In this document: positions 56,261 to 64,000 of the stretch, piece after piece | Layout of the letters: every line of letters begins with the position of its first letter | Numbering within the stretch: the first letter of the stretch is position 1 | NCBI GenBank assembly: GCA_020137815.1 | Contig: CM035350.1 | Coordinates: 4,526,001 to 4,590,000, forward strand | Length of the DNA: 64,000 nucleotides | DNA from: Hormiphora californensis | Taxonomy: Eukaryota > Animalia > Ctenophora | Direction of reading: 5' to 3' | Program-made: the position numbers and the translations under genes | Notes under the pieces: generated by a model | Seen by the model: only the letters and a program-made list of their open reading frames with translations | What the model was told of the DNA's origin: nothing | The model's database searches: none

Positions 56261-59200
56261 TCATTTTGTGGCTAAGTCCTTCTCCAGGAAAGACCTAAGC
56301 CGTTCAAGATAAACGCTGTACAATTCAATATCATTGTGCCCTGCTCCCTCCACCCATAATGGATCCACCGGCTTGGGACATCGCTCGTAGAGTTGCAGTC
56401 CGGCACTAAAATCTATTACCTCGTCTTCCGTTCCGTGGATTATTAATACCGGTGCTTGGACGTGACCTGAAGATGGAGAGGGGTTAATAGGACTGTGAAT
56501 TGGGAACTGGGCGATCCTAAGTGAGTGTGTACCTGTGACGTAAGCTAGTTTACTTAGACAACTGCCGGCTGGTTTGATAGATTTAGTAATATGGAGGACT
56601 GAAGGATAGAGGGAGAAGGAGAGAGGAGAGAAAGTATTTTTTTTCCCCCAAAATTTTTTTTGAAAAAAAACGGTAAATTAATTTTTGGCCCTGTCCCTCC
56701 CCCCTAATTTCCCAGGTTGGGCTCCCTCGGGTTTCCGCCCCCCCTTTCCCCCAACCCCCTTCTTGGGTTAATCCTCTCCGTGACCTAAGGAAATTTAATA
56801 GGACTGTTTAAACCATTGGGGGTTTTCCCCCTTACAAATGTTTCTTAACCCCCTTTTTGTTTTTAAATTTGGGGGGAAAAAAAACCCCCGGGGGGGAAAA
56901 AAGGGGGGGAAGGAAAAAGGAGGGGGGAAAAGGAAGGGGGAAAAGGAGGGGGGGGGAAAGGGGAAAAATTTTTAAAAAAAAAATTTTTGGGGGTTTTTTT
57001 TTTTTTTTTTTTTCCCCCCCCCTTTTTTTTAAAAGTGAAACCCTTTTTTTTTTTCCAAATTCGGAAAGCCCCGGGGGGTGGGGGGGGGAACCCCCGGGGC
57101 CCAGACGGGGGCAGCCATCCCTTTTGGTTATTTCCATGGGGGGGAGGGCTGGGCCAAGAGGATGGGGGAGTTGTAGTAGTGCAAGATTTCTAAAAAATAT
57201 CCCCACAAAAATTTTCACCCCCACCCTCTTTTTTTCTGCATACAAAATACCTGTCTAAAAGTGAACTACTTACCCGTTCCCTATCGGGGCCGTACTGCGT
57301 TCCAAGCTGCCTCAATGTCTGCATAAATGTTCCTCTCAGAGGGTCGACCCGAACTGCACCCATACCCAGAGTAGTCGTATGAGAAAATGTTGCAGTTGGG
57401 CCCTTGTACCCCCGCCAAAGTAAAAAAAATGTGGATTGTTAATGTTAACACTGTAAAGGCCAGTATAATACAGGGGCCATCATATTCACGATGTGGTTTT
57501 ATTTTATTTGGGGCTAGGAGGGAATGTATAAACCCCTGAGAGAGAGATAAGGGAAAAAAAAAAATGGGGAATATTATTTTTGGGGGGGAAAAGAATTTAC
57601 AAAAATTTTTGAAACTACAAAATTATTTCCCTCTCTCTCTTTTTTCTTATTCTTTATTCTCTTTTTTCCCCTTTAAAACCCCCTTTTGCCTTTAGGCAGG
57701 TACTTTTAATAAACCTCTTTTATCCATCACGCATTTCACTACCCCCTCTGCTTATCATCATAATAATAGTTTATATCAAAAGAAGGGGGGGATGAGATGC
57801 GTGATTTTAAAGAGGTTTTAAATTAAAACATCCCGTCTCCCTCAAATTTCAAAAACGATCATTAGAATTAAAATCCAGCTGGAAAAAGTCAATTTTGATT
57901 TTTTACTTTTTCTTTTTCCCAAATATTTTTTTTCTTCTTCCCTCTTATTGTCATAAGCCCGATTACACGTGTTTTTTTATTTCCCCCATATTACACTTCT
58001 CCTTACCTCCCCTCTCTCCTCTCTCTCTCTCTCTCCTCGCTCCTTCCTCTCCCTCCGTCCCCTCTCTTCTCCCTCTCTTTTCCCCTCTCTCTCTCTCCCC
58101 TCCCCCTCTCTCTCCCCTTTTTCCCTCCTCTCTTCTCTTTTCTCTCTCTCCCCCCTTTCTTTTCCCCTTTTTCTCCCTTCCCCTTTTTCCCCTCTCTCAG
58201 CTCTCTCCTCTTCTCCTCCTTTTTCCTCCTCTCCCCCTCCCTCCTCCCCCTTTTCCCCTCTTCCCCTTTTCGGAAAAGATTAGGGGATTTTTGATATGGT
58301 TGTGGTGTTAGGAAGATGGATGATAGCTTTACTGTGTATGTTCAAAATGTATTATCGGGAAAGAAAGATGGGGAGGAAAATATTGGAGAGAAATATGGGA
58401 AATAATTCATTTCACGATTGGTAAATAAAGGCAATCTTACGATTCATTTTGTGATGAATCTACGATTATATGAAAACTTGAGAAGTAAATGTCGTGAGGA
58501 TGTCGTGAGGATGAAAAAGGCTACACCGACCAGGAGGCCTAATCAATGCTTTTTGAATATTTTACCTGCTCATCTGTCCGAGATCCACGGCGTTACCATG
58601 ACTGAATAAAATCGTAAATAGCGGATTCTTTACCGGCCTCACCATAATGCATGCGATCTGAGGAGAGAGAGGGAGGGGTAGAGGGGGAAAGAGGATGGGG
58701 GGGGGGGGGTTAAATAATGGAGAATATTCGAGTTGAGTAATGGAAAGGGAGAGGGGATACATAAAGAACGACTTGACCTGCTCGTACCATGTTTCTCTCT
58801 CTCATTCTTTGACTTCTCAAGAAAACAGGCAGAGCATGTCAAAACTGGTTCAAGACAATTAAAGTGAGAGTGGACCGAATCAGAATTGGACAAGTTTGTT
58901 GTAGGTAGTAGAGATTAGCTCTCTGAGCATTTTGCGTTTTTGCCGCTCAAAATCGACCCACCCATCACTGAGATATTTTTGTTATGTTGGGAGAACTCTC
59001 GTTTAATCAGTATGTAAAAAACAGAATAGAAACAATAATCGTGTTTTACTAACACATTCTGAATATAAGCAGTGAGGTTGACATGTCCATGCACAGAAGC
59101 AGAACAATGCAAGATAGCATATTGAAAATTTAAAGAATGTGTTAGTAAAACACAAGGATTGTTTCTATCCTGTTTGATAAATACTGATCAAGCAGGAATT

Positions 59201-59945
59201 CTCCCAACTTAACAAAAATATCTCAGTGATGGGTGGGTCGATTTTGAGCAGCAAAAACGGAAAATGCTCAGAAAGCTAATCTCTACTAGCTACAACAAAC
59301 TTGTCCAATTCTGATTCGGTCCACTCTCACTTTAAGCTGGTTGACAATTAAACTGCCACCTCCAGGTCACGTACGGTATGTGACAACAATCCCCAGGTAC
59401 TGTGAAAACAATCACTTACCTTGTTTCCCCTGCTACTGCGGGTGGTGAAGGCATCAATGAAGCCCAGTTCTCGGTCATTGAACTGCCACTCGGCCTTGTC
59501 CGTTAATACCAACTCCTGGGAACCGCTCTCCTGAAACAAAACACACCGGTGAAATTTGACGAGGATGTTTAAAAATTTGACTTGCGAAATAACGGTTTAG
59601 TGCATGAGGGTGGGATTGAGGATAGCCTCGCTCGACCCTGTTTCACTGTTTACATATGTAAAGGAGGGTTAGAACATAACAAGTTTATTTGTGAAGCTGT
59701 GTGAACTGTGAAGGTTTGATATATTACTAGAGTTTTACAATTGCAGGGATGAACATTGAATAATGCCTTCCTGTGCTAAATAGCTACGGAGTGGTGCTAC
59801 ATTGCATAGCTCGGAGGGGGTCATTACTAAATTAATTAACTCGAGGGGGTGGAGCTTTCAAGCAGGATATAGATTGATCTAGAATATTCGATACACACGT
59901 CATGTCTCTTTCATTCGGCATCAGGCTCTGTGTGTATGAGAGTGA

Positions 59946-59995
<50 letters not shown>

Positions 59996-60342
59996 TTGTG
60001 ATTGCAGAGGTTATTACAGCAACATTCCTTTTGCTTCTGAGCAAGGAGAAGAAAGAGAGTGAATTTAAGAGGCACAGTATTTAATTGTCTCAGTACATGT
60101 ATGGCATAAAAAGGGGCGGGGGCTCCGGGGCTATGTACATGTGACATGTCGGTAGGGCGATTAGGGCGGGTCTATTAGTAAACAAAGGGTGTTAATTAGG
60201 GCCCACAAAAGGATTCTCTTACCTTAGTAATGATTGCATAGCTGGGCTCGGGTGGCACAAAGGCGAGCTTTGCGGCGATGCGTGAGGGGACTGGAGGGCA
60301 GCACAGGAGGCAGCAGATATCGGAGAAACTAAAACCGTTCAT
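56261..60342 (-). CDS. ABHD17: Alpha/beta hydrolase 17 (protein depalmitoylase, FAM108 family); middle exon(s) in corrupted sequence
   Basis: [35 protein letters not shown] (60223-60342), AEWQF (59420-59531), [14 protein letters not shown] (~58566-58657), [18 protein letters not shown] (~57275-57400), and [16 protein letters not shown]…[11 protein letters not shown] (56261-~56467). Confidence 0.92.
58863..59331. mobile_element. Palindromic MITE with TTAA target duplication and AG…CT termini (Kolobok-like), in an ABHD17 intron
   Basis: TTAA|AGTGAGAGTGGACCGAATCAG … CTGATTCGGTCCACTCTCACT|TTAA, with imperfect arms of ~200 bp. Confidence 0.88.
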
Positions 60343-61941
60343 TGCATCGCGTGTTATATGGCCATCGTCTATTAAATAGGGTTATAATGGTTAGCCGTCC
60401 GTGTCTGCTCTTGCTCTCCACCTCGTTGCATTATTATTGGTTGCACAAATTAAAGCTCAATTTCCCTCTATTTTACACGACTGGTCAAGACAAATATAAA
60501 TAGTTGGATAATAATATGTGCTGCAGCCACAACTCACAAGAGACAATAACATTCCATCTCTGTGACTTTCAAAAATACACGCAACCTAACGATATGTATT
60601 TCAAGGCTGTTTTCATACCGCACTGCTAAGCATACTCATTACTCAATATTCTTTTTTCCGGCGGAAAAACCGCAAATACACCGACGAACAATTAAAGCTA
60701 AACAGCTATTTGGAGTATTACTGATTAGAGGACAGAGGGGGGCATTCTAAAACATTCTAAATTAGTAGTAATTACTAATTACTAATTACCAATTACCATA
60801 GTCGACGTTCATTTACTTTTCGCTGCACGCTACTCAAAGTAAAGCAACGTTGATGGAAAATCTACTCATGTGATAGCAATGCATGGAAACTCGGATAAGT
60901 AGTAAACTTTATTTATTCTAACATTATTTCTGCAGTTAGCATGAAAAGTAAATGTTTTTGAAAACATCCTATCCAGAATGTACAATGTACAGGGTGGTCT
61001 ATAAATTATGAGGCCGGTGACGAGCCGTAGCTCTAAAAAGTTGATAGTTGTGCAAAAAACTATGGGAACATGCTGTATCCGGGCATGGTTCACTATGAGT
61101 GTCCCAGCTGTCCAGAGAAACTGATGTCCGGTTTCAATTTTGTAACCGGAGCGTTAGGGCAGTGGGCACACCATTTTTTCACAAAATAAGGACGTATTTG
61201 AAAATGCATGGGGTGCAATATTAATTATTTATTTTGTTTCGTTTTCGGGCGTAACATTGTTTTCTGTTTCAAAATATAATAATAATAGTTGTCCAATCCA
61301 AGCCAATTCTGCAGAATCCTTTGGAATGCTGGATAATGCAGCGCTTTTCAACCGTTTATCGGCCCACTATTCATCGCAATGTGCGACTTTGCTGACTAGC
61401 TCTTCTTTCTGTCTTTCCTCCTCTCCTGGGCACCTCCGTATGCACACTACCTTCTGGGCACCTTCGGCAGCTCCTCCTTAGATGCCAATCGGTGTTGGGG
61501 TTAGGGGTTGGCCAAGAAACCCGGAGTTAAAATGACAAGCAATACCGTTAAAATGATAAAACGTGCAGTGTTGGTGCAGCAGGGCAAGTTATTACCTAGA
61601 ACCTGATATTACCTGGCACGTGTTACTACCTACCACGTGATATTACTTAGTACGTGATTGGTAGCCCCTGTACGAGTGCGGATCGGTAGAACGGGAGGGG
61701 CATCCGTTTAATGATGAAGTCGAGAGACCGGCCCTTTTTGGACCACATAACGAATTGCCATGCACTATCACGATGCACAGTTTCACCAATTTTCTTCATA
61801 TGGATGTAATTATGCTTGATTTGTGATTCCTTTATGCTTGATTATGCTGTCTCTTAACATCTTCCTCAACTTTTCTAAAACTGACCTTCTATTCAGTACA
61901 GCTAGTTTTTTTACGGTTCAGACCTCGGGCGAGCGACGAAA

Positions 61942-63507
61942 ATGGCATGTACTCGTTTCGTGTACCGGGTAAGTTACTACAAACCATGCACACACATACC
62001 CCAAGGAATTAAATTCATATAACTCCATGACACCCCTTGAGGAATGATTTTATTAACTGTGGTTCTGTTTCAGCGCCCAATTTGTCTCCTGTTTGCCTCA
62101 ACCATCTTTCTCCTTGGACTGTCGACGTGGTGGTTTAATGATACCTCAGCTTCCGTCGCTACAGCAACCTTACCTTCCGTTGCTATAGTATCCAACCAGT
62201 ACATCAACTTGATAGATGAATCTAAAACCCCTGCAGTTCTGCCGGCTCAGGAATCCCACGTAGAAGTGCAGGAAGAACAAGACAGTACAAAACAGTACTT
62301 GATAGATGAATCTAAAACCCCTGCAGTTCTGTCGACTCAGGAATCCCAAGTAGAAGAGCAGGAAGAACAAGACAGTACAAAACAGTACTTGATAGATGAA
62401 TCTAAAACCCCTGCAGTTCTGTCGATTCAGGAATCCCACGTAGAAGAGCAGGAAGAACAAGGCATAAAACTTGAAGTGCCTCTTGCCACCCTCCCTGTTG
62501 ATAAACCCCCTTCGGATGCCATCGGAAGAAAGGTTCTGGAAATCCAATCGAAAGACGTGTTGGAAGGCCTCCCCGAACACTATCTGCCAGACTACAAAAC
62601 CTTCTGCTGGTACGACGCACACGACCAGTTTAGCTGCCTCCCCTCTCTCTACGTCATTGGTCTGCCAAAGTGTGCCACAACGGACCTCGCACGTACGCTC
62701 GTACTACACCCGGAGATTGAGTTCAACCGACACGGGAAGGAGTACCACTACTGGACACGACGTCGTCTCGCCCGACCGATGTCGCTGTGGAACCGGAATA
62801 AAGCGGGTTTAAAGGAGGATTTTATGGACTACGTTAAGGGTTTGGATGCCAGTAGAATTCGGGAGCGGAGGAATGTGGTGTGGGTGGATGGAACACCGTC
62901 AATTTCGTTCGAATTGTTTGACATCGTCCCAAATATCAACTACACCAACGCGGATTTGCTCTACGCGGTGGTCCCCTCTGCCAAGATTATCATGATTCTC
63001 CGAGATCCCGTTGACCGGGCCTACTCTGGCTTCCACTACTTTAATACACACGCACCCCCGAAACGGACACCCGAAAACTTCCACACCGAGGTGGAGAAAT
63101 CGATTCGTCAGTGGGAAAAATGTTATAAAACACGGGGTGATCTGAAAAATTGCTGCTATCGGCCGGATCAACGGGATCTTAGCTTGACGATCTTTTTGAC
63201 GGTCGGTATCTACGTTTGCCACGTTGAATCGTGGTCCACACTGTACAGGGACAACTTTTATCTTCTCAACTTTGAGTACTATTCAAGGGACCGAGCTAAA
63301 AGTCTAGCGGAAATTTTCGAGTTTATTGGCGTATCACAGTTACCACAAGGGGAGATTGCAGGCTGGTCTGCAAAAAATAAAATTGAAAACCATCAAAAGC
63401 CATACCCGCAAATGCTAGAGAAAACTCGAGATCTGCTAAAGAAGTTTTACAGTCCGTTCAATGCAATGCTAGTGCAAATAACGGGAAGAGACGAATTTTT
63501 CTTCTAA
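61942..63507 (+). CDS. Golgi carbohydrate sulfotransferase, CHST15/GalNAc4S-6ST-like; exons 61942-61968, 62074-63507
   Basis: MACTRFVYR|RPICLLF… type II anchor, 5'-PSB CLPSLYVIGLPKCATTDL, KEYHYW, 3'-PB ILRDPVDRAYS, FYSPFN. Orthology to CHST15 is not established. Confidence 0.88.
62209..62460 (+). repeat. In-frame 90-bp (30-aa) tandem repeat, ~2.8 copies, in the sulfotransferase stem
   Basis: LIDESKTPAVLxxQESxVExQEEQDSTKQY; TTGATAGATGAATCTAAAACC at ~62209, 62299, 62389. Confidence 0.95.
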
Positions 63508-64000
63508 AAAATGGCAGTCACCCTGTGCAATTAAACATGTTTACTGTTTAGTCGCTTGACACTGCACACACGGTAGTACAGACTACATCTAGCGAAGGAA
63601 GAACTACTGATTAGTGATAGACAAAGCTAACACTTTTCGTCAGTAGACGACTAAACTGACGTACTGATGAAAAGCGTTAGCTTCGAAACAATTGTTTACC
63701 ACTTATCAGTAGTTCTTCTTTTGTTAGTCACTGGCTCTCCGGTACTGTTCGTGATCGAGCTCACTACTACTGCAGAATACATCGAGTACAGACTTCTAGT
63801 GTTCAACGGGTATTCCGTGTTCGCAAAGTTGTCATTACCTTTGTTATCAGCCAGAATTTTATTGTGCTTTTCTAGTTTTGTTTTACAGTTTACAATAAAT
63901 TATTAAATCTATATAATTTACACAATTTAATTGTATAAATAAGTTTTAGTGCACACAGCAGGCCAGAGGCCTTCCCTTCGTGGGTCCACCTAAATCACTG

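Noticed and set aside
56640-58270. Homopolymer-rich ORFs, the missing nucleophile exon and an in-frame TAG (~57282) in ABHD17
   Set aside because: The sequence looks like low-quality base calls, so gene loss cannot be inferred.

Overview
Intron-rich eukaryotic (animal) genomic DNA with many (GA)n microsatellites and CR1/L2-type LINEs. The divergent GPCR style and compact gene layout suggest a non-bilaterian such as a ctenophore (inference only). Genes built by hand from splice sites: HEATR5 (-, runs off the left edge), with an antisense rhodopsin-class GPCR in one of its introns and an L2-type LINE in the GPCR's own intron; a secreted C-type-lectin/trypsin protease (-); a tight co-oriented cluster SMIM13-VPS28-CWF19L1-CYC1 (+); a secreted PI-PLC X-domain gene nested antisense in the last CYC1 intron; a C2H2 zinc-finger gene (-); ABHD17 (-); and a CHST15-like sulfotransferase (+). 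Five LINE copies or fragments and several TA- and TTAA-targeting MITE/foldback elements are present. Four signals stand out. (1) Nearly every start codon lies 0-26 nt after a 3' splice-acceptor-like site, and the four-gene cluster has gaps of only 158-409 nt, suggesting an SL trans-spliced operon. (2) A dispersed 21-bp motif GGATAANGCAGCGCTTTTCAA occurs five times upstream of genes. (3) Several tandem arrays duplicate splice acceptors or start codons. (4) Two NLS+SIM exons can splice in frame onto HEATR5. Several stretches (~30-34.6 kb, 56.6-58.3 kb) look like low-quality consensus.
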